Source: Salinispira sp. (GTDB taxonomy: Bacteria; Spirochaetota; Spirochaetia; DSM-27196; Salinispiraceae). From it: a stretch of 64,000 nucleotides of DNA. Below are positions 1 to 9,335 of this stretch, piece after piece (positions within the stretch are counted from its first letter, which is position 1; every line of letters starts with the position of its first letter). The stretch lies in the NCBI GenBank assembly GCA_965602015.1, contig OZ271918.1, positions 2,208,001 through 2,272,000 on the forward strand, given 5' to 3'. The translations under genes and the position numbers were made by a program. The notes under the pieces were generated by a model that ran no database searches, was not told where the DNA came from, and worked only from the letters and a program-made list of their open reading frames with translations.

Positions 1-336
1 GAGGGCCCAAAGCAGATCGTTCAGACCGGTAAAACCGCCCTCCCGAACCCGGGGAAGGCTGAGCACCGCCATCTCCCTAATCTGGGTGTTTGAGAGAATT
101 TCACCGCTGTTGTTTACAACATAACGCAGGACTTGCTCGTAGAAACCTTCGAGATCGGCGATATCGACTTCCAAGGTAGACTGCACGACTTCGAGTTTAC
201 CGACATCGTCGACCCGGTCAAAGGAATCGACAAACGCCTGAATTTGGGGGGAAAGCTGGGCGTCTTCCTGGGCGTATAGCCCGACGCTGATGATGATAAA
301 AACGAGAAGCATACCCCTGAGGCAAAGAGTCTTCAT
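1..336 (-). CDS. Exported protein, 5' part only (runs off the window); possibly helical/HEAT-like repeat
   Basis: Read manually: ATG at 336 with GGAGGA upstream; MKTLCLRGMLLVFIIISVGLYAQEDAQLSPQ... has a signal peptide and the frame is open to position 1. Confidence 0.65.
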   Translation of the reverse strand, partial: MKTLCLRGMLLVFIIISVGLYAQEDAQLSPQIQAFVDSFDRVDDVGKLEVVQSTLEVDIADLEGFYEQVLRYVVNNSGEILSNTQIREMAVLSLPRVREGGFTGLNDLLWAL

Positions 337-396
337 GAATTCCTCCAATCTATGTGCAATACTACTAACTCCGCAGTCGTTTTGCAACGAAATAGC

Positions 397-1398
397 TTAT
401 TTATCGTCCTTAAAAATACCATAGACATAGGTGAGAATGCGGTTTTTCATAGCGCTGCTGGGAGGCACGGCTTCGATGTGCAGAACAGAGACATTCTTTG
501 AATCGCGGTAGGTTACATCCTTGACGATGCCGCAGAGCACGACTGTCTGATCGCCAAGGTCGGTCTGAACCTTGACCGGCATGCCCGCCTTGGCCCGGCC
601 GCCGACCATGACCGCCGCCCCGCTTTCCGAAATATCCACCATTTTGCAGCGGTAGCCGCCCCGGTCGGCGGTTTGCTCATTAGCCTGCTCTATGCTGCGA
701 AGCTTGAACAACGCCCCGTTCTGATTGAGGTCTATCCGAACGCTGTTCCGCTTCTGAGCCCTGATGAGATTTTCCGAATGCTTGATGTGCAGGATGGGAT
801 ACTGTTTTTCCGCATAATCTCCGAGTACGCTGGTCTCAAAAAAATAGCCGGCATCTTCCTTCCTCCAGAAGTAGACCTTGATTTTCTGGCCTCTCCAGCT
901 GAAGCCCGGGGGCAGGGATTTCCCCTGAGGATAGGCAATGGCCAGGTAACGGCGGAGATTTTCCACTATTTTTGATATGTAGATTCCGGCGCCGGGCAGA
1001 ACGATTTTTATATACTGATTCGCAACCATATTCCTGCTGGTGCTAATGCCCCGGGTGTATTTAGGATTGTTGAACTCAACCCGCTTGCGAAAATCAAACA
1101 GTCTTGAGAGAAAATCGATGGTATCCGGATCTCCGCTGAGATTTTTGCTGCGATTGCGGATGATCACCCCACGTATACAGCGGTCAAGGGTGGGAACGGA
1201 CCAAAACAGGGAGGATGGACTTTTTAGCTTAGTCTGGACCGCTACTTTTCGAAGGAGATTAATCTCAGAGAACGCAAAGCCCGCTTCTTTGCCCTTGACA
1301 TAAAAATCCATCCAGGGAAATCCGACGCCGCCGGATTTTTGCAGCACCAGGAGGCCGACAATGAGGAGGACAAGGAGTGCAATAAAAAAATAGACCAT
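397..1398 (-). CDS. Membrane-anchored PilZ-domain (YcgR-like flagellar brake) c-di-GMP receptor
   Basis: N-terminal TM helix; PilZ motifs QKRNSVR (RxxxR) and DISESG (DxSxxG) intact. Confidence 0.85.
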   Translation of the reverse strand: MVYFFIALLVLLIVGLLVLQKSGGVGFPWMDFYVKGKEAGFAFSEINLLRKVAVQTKLKSPSSLFWSVPTLDRCIRGVIIRNRSKNLSGDPDTIDFLSRLFDFRKRVEFNNPKYTRGISTSRNMVANQYIKIVLPGAGIYISKIVENLRRYLAIAYPQGKSLPPGFSWRGQKIKVYFWRKEDAGYFFETSVLGDYAEKQYPILHIKHSENLIRAQKRNSVRIDLNQNGALFKLRSIEQANEQTADRGGYRCKMVDISESGAAVMVGGRAKAGMPVKVQTDLGDQTVVLCGIVKDVTYRDSKNVSVLHIEAVPPSSAMKNRILTYVYGIFKDDK

Positions 1399-1466
1399 AC
1401 CAACTCCGATTATCGGCAGAAATACGTTACAGATGAAGGTCCGCCCTTCATATATTATAGTATACC

Positions 1467-2114
1467 GTGACCATTTTAATAGGAATAGCCAATTTGAACC
1501 GGGAAAACAACCGCCAAAGCCTGCTCAGCGCCTTGATTGTCGTCGTATCATTTTATGTGCTCGATTACCTCATTGCGGGTTTTTTCATGATAAGCGACGC
1601 GGGAACCTGGATTATCCTGCCGGTTCAGGCGATCAAACTGCTGATCCTGATAGTGGCGTTCACGAGATCAGGATTTTCCCTCCAGGACCGCGATCGGCCC
1701 TTTTTGCGGGGTGATATGCCCGTGGCGGTGGTTGTCACCGGACTTTTATTCATCCTGAACGCTTTGTCATCCCTTCTGCCGTCGGGGGGAACAGGACCCG
1801 CGGGCCTGGCACGGCCGCTTTTTGTCCTGATAATTTCCATGAGCCTGGCTGCGCTCAATGAGGAATTACTGTTTCGCGGGTATCTGCTTCAGGCCCTGGA
1901 ACGATTCGGAACTACCCGCAGGGCTTCGGTGCTTATCTCTGCAGCCCTTTTCAGTGCCGGCCATATATACCTGGGAGTGGCGGGGACGGTTTTCTCCTTC
2001 TCCGCCGCCCTGGTGCTCGCCGGTGCATACCAGATAAGCGGCGGGATCCGCGCGGGTCTATTGGCCCATCTGGTATATAATTTTGGAATTCTCGCAGCCC
2101 ACGGGTATATTTAA
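1467..2114 (+). CDS. CPBP (CAAX/Abi) family intramembrane glutamic endopeptidase
   Basis: Multi-TM; motifs EELLFRG, FSAGH, HLVYN. Confidence 0.85.
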   Translation: MTILIGIANLNRENNRQSLLSALIVVVSFYVLDYLIAGFFMISDAGTWIILPVQAIKLLILIVAFTRSGFSLQDRDRPFLRGDMPVAVVVTGLLFILNALSSLLPSGGTGPAGLARPLFVLIISMSLAALNEELLFRGYLLQALERFGTTRRASVLISAALFSAGHIYLGVAGTVFSFSAALVLAGAYQISGGIRAGLLAHLVYNFGILAAHGYI

Positions 2115-2184
2115 CTGGGCGCAGGTCCAGATAAGCGCTATATTCCGGTTAATATACCAGATTATTTTATATATGGAGATCTAT

Positions 2185-2802
2185 ATGAAGAGAATTGCAA
2201 TCTTCCTTATTGTATACATACTGTTTTCCGCTGTCTTATTTGCCGGAGGATCAGCTGAGAATCCGGGTCAGGAGAATACCGGTGTTCAGGCCTCATCGGA
2301 CACCGCTTTGGAAGGCAGTGCAGGCAGCGTGGCAAACCGGGAGGAAGCCCTGGATGCCTTGAGATCCATCGGGATGACCGTTTTTGAAGAGGAAGTGGAG
2401 GCTCCGGATTTTTCACTTCCGCTAATGTCGGGCGAGCAGGCCAGCCTCGCCGACTACCGCGGCAAGGTGGTGTTCCTCAATTTCTGGGCAACCTGGTGCG
2501 GCCCCTGCAGGGTTGAAATGCCCTCAATGCAGGATCTCTACGCCGATCTGCGAAGCGAAGACTTTGTTATTCTTGCGATTAACCAACTCGAAGACCCGGA
2601 TATCGTCGATGATTTTCTTCAAGAGGAAGGATATACATTTCCGGTTCTCCTGGATGACGGGCAGGTGAGCTTTCAGTACGGCGTTCGGGGCATTCCCACC
2701 ACCTATATTATCGGGCCCGACGGCCTGGTGATCGCCGGAAAGGTTGGAACCCACATCTACGACGGCCGCATTTACCGCGAAATGTTCCGTGCCCTGATGT
2801 AG
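2185..2802 (+). CDS. TlpA/ResA-family thiol-disulfide oxidoreductase
   Basis: Signal peptide; LNFWATWCGPCRVEMP and GIPTT; start moved to ATG 2185 with GGAG upstream. Confidence 0.9.
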   Translation: MKRIAIFLIVYILFSAVLFAGGSAENPGQENTGVQASSDTALEGSAGSVANREEALDALRSIGMTVFEEEVEAPDFSLPLMSGEQASLADYRGKVVFLNFWATWCGPCRVEMPSMQDLYADLRSEDFVILAINQLEDPDIVDDFLQEEGYTFPVLLDDGQVSFQYGVRGIPTTYIIGPDGLVIAGKVGTHIYDGRIYREMFRALM

Positions 2803-2813
2803 GATACTAAAAA

Positions 2814-3824
2814 ATGCCAGCTGAAAATCTCAATGTATTTATTGCCGTCGCCGCAGGTCTTGTGAGTTTTGTAAGTCCCTGCGTTCTACCTCTGGTTCCC
2901 AGCTATATATCGTTTATCGGGGGACAGGGACTTGCTGAGCTAAAAGAAGGCCGGCAGAGCCGCGCCGCCCTCATGGGCAAGACCCTGTTTTTTGTGCTGG
3001 GTTTCACTGTGGTGTTCGTACTTCTGGGAATAGTGCTGAGCGGAACTGCCGCCGCGTTCAGCGGCGCCAACCGGGTTATTAACATTGTTGCCGGGGCCAT
3101 CGTATTTGTTTTTGGTGCGAACCTGCTGTTTAATTTTATCAGCTTCCTGAATTATGAAAAACGATTCCATCTCACCAGCAAACCCGCCGGGGCAGCGGGT
3201 TCGGCGCTCTTGGGCATGGCCTTCGCAGCCGGCTGGTCGCCGTGCATTGGACCCATTCTGGCAAGCATTTTGGCTCTGGCAGCCAGCGGAAGCTCGGTTG
3301 CCGGAGGAGCAACCCTGCTGGGTTTTTACTCACTCGGTTTGGCCCTGCCCTTCTTGCTAACCAGCGCTTTTCTCGGCAGCGCCGAGAGAATCATGAAGCG
3401 CATCAAGCCCCACATGATGCTGATCCAGCGGATCAGCGGGGTGATTCTCATTGTTATCGGCATTCTCATGATACTGGGGCACTACTCGAGAATAACCAAT
3501 TGGCTGGTACAGGCAAGTTTTCGCCTTCGGGCCTGGGATGCGGCGAACTCCGTGTTAAGCAGAATACTGTTCTCCGGTATCCTGGCAGTATTTGCCGGCT
3601 TGCAAATACCCGGTCTCGTAAGGACCTTGAGGAAAAACAGCGATGATGACCGGCAAAGCGGAGATAATCAGGATGCCGTTCTCGCATCCCATGGATGGCG
3701 GAAGTCTGCGCTGTGGCGCAGCGGGCTATTAGCCTCAACGCTCACCTTGAGCGTTTTGCAGGCCGCGGGAATCCTTCAGCTGCCGGTACTTTTAGCCGGT
3801 TGGCTGAGTTTCCAGGGGATATAA
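2814..3824 (+). CDS. ccdA: CcdA/DsbD-beta family disulfide transmembrane electron transporter
   Basis: SFVSPCVLPLVP and WSPCIGPIL motifs; adjacent to tlpA. Confidence 0.9.
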   Translation: MPAENLNVFIAVAAGLVSFVSPCVLPLVPSYISFIGGQGLAELKEGRQSRAALMGKTLFFVLGFTVVFVLLGIVLSGTAAAFSGANRVINIVAGAIVFVFGANLLFNFISFLNYEKRFHLTSKPAGAAGSALLGMAFAAGWSPCIGPILASILALAASGSSVAGGATLLGFYSLGLALPFLLTSAFLGSAERIMKRIKPHMMLIQRISGVILIVIGILMILGHYSRITNWLVQASFRLRAWDAANSVLSRILFSGILAVFAGLQIPGLVRTLRKNSDDDRQSGDNQDAVLASHGWRKSALWRSGLLASTLTLSVLQAAGILQLPVLLAGWLSFQGI

Positions 3825-3854
3825 AAAAACGACGCCGGCCGGCGTCGTTTTTTT
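3823..3854. terminator. Bidirectional intrinsic terminator between ccdA and accA
   Basis: Perfect palindrome AAAAAAACGACGCCGG|CCGGCGTCGTTTTTTT between convergent genes. Confidence 0.9.
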
Positions 3855-3869
3855 TTCTGTGACTAGTGA

Positions 3870-4847
3870 TTAACGGAATTTGAAGAGCTTCTTGAAAAAC
3901 CCGTCGTCCTGACCCGCATGGGGATCGTGGAAGACTCCGAGGCTTAACAGCCGCTGGCTCCGCTCCCGAAGCAGGGTTTCCACCTTTTTCTCTTTTAAGT
4001 CCCTGTACGTGCTCAAGATCGTTTCCTTCATGCGGCTGGCAACAAAGCTGGGATCCTCATGAGCGCCGGAGGGAGGCTCGGGAATAATCCCGTCGACTAT
4101 TCCGAAATTTTTAAGATGATAGCTGGTCATTTTCATCAACTCGGCGGCGAGCTGATTTTTCTTCGCATCCCTCAGAAGTATCGAGGCGAATCCCTCCGGT
4201 GAAATAACAGAATATGTTGAATTTTCAAGCATAAATACCCGGTCCGCGACGCCGATACCCAGGGCTCCGCCCGAACCGCCCTCGCCGATGACTATGGCGA
4301 TGACCGGCACCTCAAGAACCGAAAACACCTTGAGATTTGTCGCAATGGCCTCAGATATCCCCCGTTCCTCGCTCCCAATTCCGGGATAGGCACCGGCGGT
4401 ATCGATGAGGGTCACTATGGGACGTTTGAACTTCTCGGCCTGACGGGCCAGACGAAGAGCCTTCCGGTAGCCCTCAGGATGGGCCCATCCGTAATTCCGT
4501 CTGAGATTTTCCTTCATGGTACGGCCCTTTTGATGACCCATAAACGTGAAGTTGACCCCTCCGATTCGCGCTATGCCCCCGACCAAAGCCAGATCGTCCC
4601 CGAAAAGTCGGTCGCCATGGAGTTCCACATATTCGTCTGAAATCATGCCGATGTACTCAAGAACGTTCGGCCGGTCCTGATTACGCGCCAGCTCGACCCG
4701 CTGCCAGGCGGTCATGCCCGATGAATCTCCGGAATTTCCGCTGAGCTTGGCGCTGATGCGGTTCAGGTCGTCGTGGATATCGATCTGCTTTACGCTGGCG
4801 AGGTTTTTTAGTTCTTTTATTTTTTTGTGAAGGTCTTTATCGCTCAT
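3870..4847 (-). CDS. accA: Acetyl-CoA carboxylase carboxyltransferase alpha subunit
   Basis: HPEGYRKALR, IDTAGAYPG, GEGGSGGAL, YSVISPEG. Confidence 0.97.
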   Translation of the reverse strand: MSDKDLHKKIKELKNLASVKQIDIHDDLNRISAKLSGNSGDSSGMTAWQRVELARNQDRPNVLEYIGMISDEYVELHGDRLFGDDLALVGGIARIGGVNFTFMGHQKGRTMKENLRRNYGWAHPEGYRKALRLARQAEKFKRPIVTLIDTAGAYPGIGSEERGISEAIATNLKVFSVLEVPVIAIVIGEGGSGGALGIGVADRVFMLENSTYSVISPEGFASILLRDAKKNQLAAELMKMTSYHLKNFGIVDGIIPEPPSGAHEDPSFVASRMKETILSTYRDLKEKKVETLLRERSQRLLSLGVFHDPHAGQDDGFFKKLFKFR

Positions 4848-5731
4848 TAGTTTTCCTTGCTCCTTCCCGCTGGGCGGTGGGCGTCAATCAGGAAGGCCAG
4901 GGTATCTCGCATTTCGGATCGGGGAAGGATTTTATCGACAAAACCCTTTTGGAGCTGGAACTCCGCCCGCTGGAAACCCGCCGGCAGCTTCTGCTTCATA
5001 ATTCCCTCGATTACCCGGGGACCGGCAAAGCCGATGAGGGCATTCGGTTCGGCGAGGGTGACATCGCCGAGCATGGCAAAGCTCGCTGTCACCCCTCCGG
5101 TAGTCGGGTCGGTAAGTACGATAAACAGGGGCTGCCCTACCTGTTCGAGAAGCGCGGCGGCGTGAGAGGTTTTGGCCATTTGCATAAGGGAGAAAATCCC
5201 CTCGTGCATCCGCGCGCCTCCGGATGCGGTGAAGAGAATACAGGGAAGTCCCCGCTGGGCCGCGAGAAGTATGGCCCGGGCAATTTTTTCACCGACAACC
5301 GATCCCATGCTCCCGCCGAGAAACTGAAAGTTCATGATGCCCACGACGGTTTCCCGCCCTTCGATTTTACACACCGCGGTCTGAACCGCTTCGTTTAAGC
5401 CGGTTTTCTGCACGGTTCCCCGGACCTTTTCCTCATAATCCGGGAAATCAAGGGGGTTCAGGCTTTTGAGGTCATCGGAGAATTCCTGATATTCCCCGTT
5501 ATCCGCCAAAAAGCGAAGACGTTCCGCCGCTGAAATGCGGAAATGATGACCGCACTCGTAGCACACGTACATGTTATTTTTCAGTTTGTCGGCATCGAGA
5601 TGAGCGCCGCAGCTCGGGCATTTGTGCTCTTTCTGAAACAATACCCGGTCGTCATTCACCGAAAGGTCGGTGAATCTCATGCGCTTGCCGAAGAGCCGTT
5701 GAACGAATTTTGATACCTTTGCATCAGCCAT
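4847..5731 (-). CDS. accD: Acetyl-CoA carboxylase carboxyltransferase beta subunit
   Basis: CPSC..CYEC zinc finger, GGSMGSVVGEK, SGGARMHEG, DPTTGGVTASFA. Confidence 0.97.
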   Translation of the reverse strand: MADAKVSKFVQRLFGKRMRFTDLSVNDDRVLFQKEHKCPSCGAHLDADKLKNNMYVCYECGHHFRISAAERLRFLADNGEYQEFSDDLKSLNPLDFPDYEEKVRGTVQKTGLNEAVQTAVCKIEGRETVVGIMNFQFLGGSMGSVVGEKIARAILLAAQRGLPCILFTASGGARMHEGIFSLMQMAKTSHAAALLEQVGQPLFIVLTDPTTGGVTASFAMLGDVTLAEPNALIGFAGPRVIEGIMKQKLPAGFQRAEFQLQKGFVDKILPRSEMRDTLAFLIDAHRPAGRSKEN

Positions 5732-5734
5732 TGC

Positions 5735-7060
5735 TTAGTCCTCCTCGGCAAGAATATGAGTCAGCACGTCGGTGCCGTACTCTCCGCTTCGGAAAATTTT
5801 CGAATTGATAATTTTCTTCTGCACATCGATATTGGTGGGCACTCCCACCAGAGTCAGTTCGTCGAGAACCCGGTTCATCCGGTCGAGTCCCTCGTTCCGG
5901 TTCGCGGCGTAGCAGATCACCTTGGCTATCATCGAGTCGTAAAACGGTGAGACGCTGTACCCGTTGTAGAGGAAGCTGTCGATCCGCACACCGAAGCCGC
6001 CGGGAGGCAGATAATCGGTAATCTTCCCCGGGGCCTTGGCATTGACCCGGCATTCCACTGCATATCCTTCGAGCTTTACATCCTCTTGGGCGACGCTGAG
6101 CTTGTGGCCGGAGGCAACCCGTATCTGTTCCTTGATGATATCTACGCCGGTGACCATTTCGGTTACCGGGTGTTCTACCTGGACCCGGGCGTTCACTTCC
6201 ATAAAATAATACTCGCCGCCGGTTACCAAAAACTCGATGGTTCCGGCGCCGCAGTACTTGAGGCCCTTGAACAGGCGGACCGTGTCTTCACCCATTTTTT
6301 TCCGCATTTCGGGGGTCACCACTGTGGAGGGGCTCTCCTCCACGAGCTTTTGATGATTCTGTTGGCATGAGCAATCACGCTCACCGAGATGGACCACATT
6401 GCCGTGACTGTCCCCCATTATCTGTATTTCAACATGGCGGGGGTTTTCCAGATATTTTTCCAGATATACGGTTCCGTCGTTAAATGAGGCCTGGGCTTCG
6501 GCGGATGCGATACGCAGGGTGCCCACAAAATCATCGGGATCTCTGACAATTCTCATGCCCTTGCCGCCGCCGCCGGAAGCCGCCTTGATGATAACCGGAT
6601 AACCGATTTTATCGGCGGCTTTCTTTGCCGCTTCGGGATCATCGCCCAGGGAACCTTCGAGACCGGGAATTACCGGCACCCCGTACTTTTTCGCGGTTTC
6701 CTTGGCTTCGATTTTATCGCCCATCCGGGAGATAGTTTCGGGATCCGGACCGATCCAGATGAGGCCGGCCTTCTGAACTTCCCTGGCGAAGGTCGCGTTT
6801 TCACTCAGAAAACCGACTCCGGGATGAATGGCATCGGCACCCCGAAGAACGGCGGCGGATATGAGGTTTTCCATTTTCAAATAGCTGGATTTACTGGGAG
6901 CCGGACCGATGCAGACTGCGGTATCGGCCAACCTGACCGGGAGGGAGTGGGCGTCGGCTTCTGAATAAACGACGATGGACTTGATGCCCATCTCTTTGCA
7001 CGCCCGTACCACCCGAACTGCGATTTCTCCGCGGTTCGCGATAAGTATGGACTTGATCAT
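5735..7060 (-). CDS. accC: Biotin carboxylase
   Basis: LIANRGEIAVR, GGGGKGMR, EVNARVQVEHPVTE, FYDSMIAK. Confidence 0.97.
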   Translation of the reverse strand: MIKSILIANRGEIAVRVVRACKEMGIKSIVVYSEADAHSLPVRLADTAVCIGPAPSKSSYLKMENLISAAVLRGADAIHPGVGFLSENATFAREVQKAGLIWIGPDPETISRMGDKIEAKETAKKYGVPVIPGLEGSLGDDPEAAKKAADKIGYPVIIKAASGGGGKGMRIVRDPDDFVGTLRIASAEAQASFNDGTVYLEKYLENPRHVEIQIMGDSHGNVVHLGERDCSCQQNHQKLVEESPSTVVTPEMRKKMGEDTVRLFKGLKYCGAGTIEFLVTGGEYYFMEVNARVQVEHPVTEMVTGVDIIKEQIRVASGHKLSVAQEDVKLEGYAVECRVNAKAPGKITDYLPPGGFGVRIDSFLYNGYSVSPFYDSMIAKVICYAANRNEGLDRMNRVLDELTLVGVPTNIDVQKKIINSKIFRSGEYGTDVLTHILAEED

Positions 7061-7542
7061 ATTCGTTTCACCTCAAAAAGCGGCGTTCCGTACTCAACCA
7101 TATCGCCGTTTTCAACCAGAATTTTGACGATTTCCATGTCATAATCTGCTTCCAGTTCATTCATGACCTTCATGGCCTCAAGGATACACAGGGTTGCGCC
7201 GGCTTTGACGCTGGACCCTTCCTCAACAAAGGGAGGGCTGTCCGGGGCCGCAGAGCGGTAGAAACTGCCGACAATGGGAGCCGTAATGGTTTCTGCTCCA
7301 GCAGTGCTCGGAGTGCTGCTTTTTGCCTCCCTGGCATCGGTATTCACCGAGGGAAAGGTCTGATTCGCCGCGCCCTGGTTGACCGCCGGGGCGGGAACCT
7401 GGCTGAACACACCGCCGTGCACAATGTGGGGCTCGTGGCCCTTTTTCAAGGTAATGCTCTCGTCGTTGAGCTTGTATCGAACTTCGGAAAGTCCACTGTC
7501 ATCAAATTTATCAATCAGTTCAAAAATATCTTTTATGTCCAT
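7057..7542 (-). CDS. accB: Biotin carboxyl carrier protein
   Basis: EAMKVMNE biotinylation motif; start at ATG 7542 with GGAGGT upstream. Confidence 0.95.
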   Translation of the reverse strand: MDIKDIFELIDKFDDSGLSEVRYKLNDESITLKKGHEPHIVHGGVFSQVPAPAVNQGAANQTFPSVNTDAREAKSSTPSTAGAETITAPIVGSFYRSAAPDSPPFVEEGSSVKAGATLCILEAMKVMNELEADYDMEIVKILVENGDMVEYGTPLFEVKRI

Positions 7543-7738
7543 AAAGTAGTACCTCCACTGCGGGATTTGAATGCTGACTATCGACGTTATCAGCACTCGC
7601 CGCGGCCTGTCAACAAAATCGCCGTATTATTCTTGAATCTGATTCAAAAAACCTGCTAATATTAGATTATCTTCGGCAGCCCTTACTAGCATAAGCGCCG
7701 AGGAAAAATTATTCCACTGCAGCATGGAGAGTGTACAT

Positions 7739-8167
7739 ATGACCGATATCAAAAGCCTTTTGCCCCACCGAGAACCCTTTTTATTCGTCGACGAAATCCT
7801 TAAAGCAGACAAAGAAGGCATCGAGGCCACCCGGGTATACAGTTCGCAGGAGCCGTTTTTCGCGGGACATTTCCCGGAGTACCCGGTGGTCCCCGGGGTA
7901 ATCCTGGTTGAAACCATGGCCCAATGCGGCGGAGCCGGAGTCCGCCATGCGGGACTTCTGGAGAAGGGAAAACTGTTCTTTCTGGCCAGCATTGACAAGG
8001 TTAAGTTCCGCCGTCAGGTGCGGCCGGATGAAAAAGTCACCTTCGTCATTACCAATAACCGGGTTTCCGGACGGATGCTCAAGCAAAGCGGCATCGCGTA
8101 TGTCGGAGAAGAGGTTGCCGCGGAAGCCGAATGGATGTGCCTGGTGGGCGACGCGCCGATGGCGTAA
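7739..8167 (+). CDS. fabZ: 3-hydroxyacyl-ACP dehydratase
   Basis: LPHREPFLFVD, FFAGHFPEYPVVPGVILVETMAQ; GGAG before ATG 7739 (alternative start 7724). Confidence 0.95.
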   Translation: MTDIKSLLPHREPFLFVDEILKADKEGIEATRVYSSQEPFFAGHFPEYPVVPGVILVETMAQCGGAGVRHAGLLEKGKLFFLASIDKVKFRRQVRPDEKVTFVITNNRVSGRMLKQSGIAYVGEEVAAEAEWMCLVGDAPMA

Positions 8168-9306
8168 TCGGGAGCCCGGGCATCAAAAACGCAAAACAGA
8201 TAGACTTATTTCGGCCCGACGTGTCGGGCCGTTTTTTATTCCGGGAAAACCGCTTTGTAATCCGGGCGCTGTTGCCAGACGGAAACGAGGCACGGGTTCA
8301 TGCCCCAAATCCCGGGAGACTGCAGGAACTCTACATACCCGGGACCCGGGTAATTCTCGAACGTTCATTACAACATAAAAGGAAGCTGCCGTTGACCCTC
8401 GCGGCCATGGAACACCGCGGGCAATGGGTGCCCATGGTGAGCGCGGCGGCAAATCTGGTCGCCGGAGAACTGATTCTCCCGGAGCTTTATCCCGAGGGAG
8501 AAATTAGCAGGGAGGTCAGCCGGGGCTCCCACCGCTTTGACTTCTCGGTAAGAGAAGGAGACCGGAGGCAGACCTACCTGGAAGTAAAATCCTGTTCATT
8601 GGTCGAATCGGGCCTGGGGCTTTTTCCCGACGCTCCAAGCACGAGGGCCACAGGTCATGTGAACGCCTTGGCTGAAATGGCCGATAGCGGGGATTTCTCC
8701 GCGGCGATTGTGTTTGTGGTCAGCCACAGCGAACCGGAGTTTTTTGCGCCAAACTATCACAACGACCTGGATTTTGCCCGGGCCCTGCGGCACGCGGGAA
8801 AAACGGGAGTTGAGGTGCTTATTCGCAGCAGCTGCAGCGATGACCAGGGAAGGACCCGTCTTTCTGACGCAACGCAGCCAAAACTGCTGATAGACCGCAT
8901 TGAGAAAATCATCGTTGCTGACTCGGGCTGGTTACTGCGCTGTGCCCGGGGCGGAGGGGACTCATGGGTTTTTGACATGCGCTTTTACGGGCATGGCTTT
9001 GAGAACCAGTACGCCATTGCACAACGGAAGAGCCCCTCGGTGAAACACATAATTCCCCTTCGCAGCCCGGCAGCCGCGGATCTCGAACGGGAGTTCGCAG
9101 AGGGAATTCTGGAGCTGGAGACCGGTTCCAATGAGGACGGCGACCCCGATGGAGAAATCCGGCCACTTATCTTTGAGCCCGGCAAGGGGGCGAGTTGGGC
9201 GTTTCGCGCGTATCCCCTGGAGCATCGGGGTTTTAACCGTCTGTTGTTTTCCCTTCGGCATCGCCGTAGCAAAAACGACCTCTTGGCCGCTTCCCCAGTG
9301 TTTTAA
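8131..9306 (+). CDS. sfsA: SfsA-family nuclease/DNA-binding protein with C-terminal extension; true start uncertain (possibly GTG 8221)
   Basis: RENRF, HAPNPGRLQEL, RFDF, YLEVKSCSL, FPDAPSTRATGH. Confidence 0.85.
   Translation: MDVPGGRRADGVIGSPGIKNAKQIDLFRPDVSGRFLFRENRFVIRALLPDGNEARVHAPNPGRLQELYIPGTRVILERSLQHKRKLPLTLAAMEHRGQWVPMVSAAANLVAGELILPELYPEGEISREVSRGSHRFDFSVREGDRRQTYLEVKSCSLVESGLGLFPDAPSTRATGHVNALAEMADSGDFSAAIVFVVSHSEPEFFAPNYHNDLDFARALRHAGKTGVEVLIRSSCSDDQGRTRLSDATQPKLLIDRIEKIIVADSGWLLRCARGGGDSWVFDMRFYGHGFENQYAIAQRKSPSVKHIIPLRSPAAADLEREFAEGILELETGSNEDGDPDGEIRPLIFEPGKGASWAFRAYPLEHRGFNRLLFSLRHRRSKNDLLAASPVF
8212..8237 (+). terminator. Terminator-like hairpin after fabZ, overlapping the sfsA 5' coding region
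   Basis: CGGCCCGAC-GT-GTCGGGCCG followed by TTTTTT. Confidence 0.5.
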
Positions 9307-9335
9307 ACTCTTTTTACCCGTATACTGGCGTCAAA

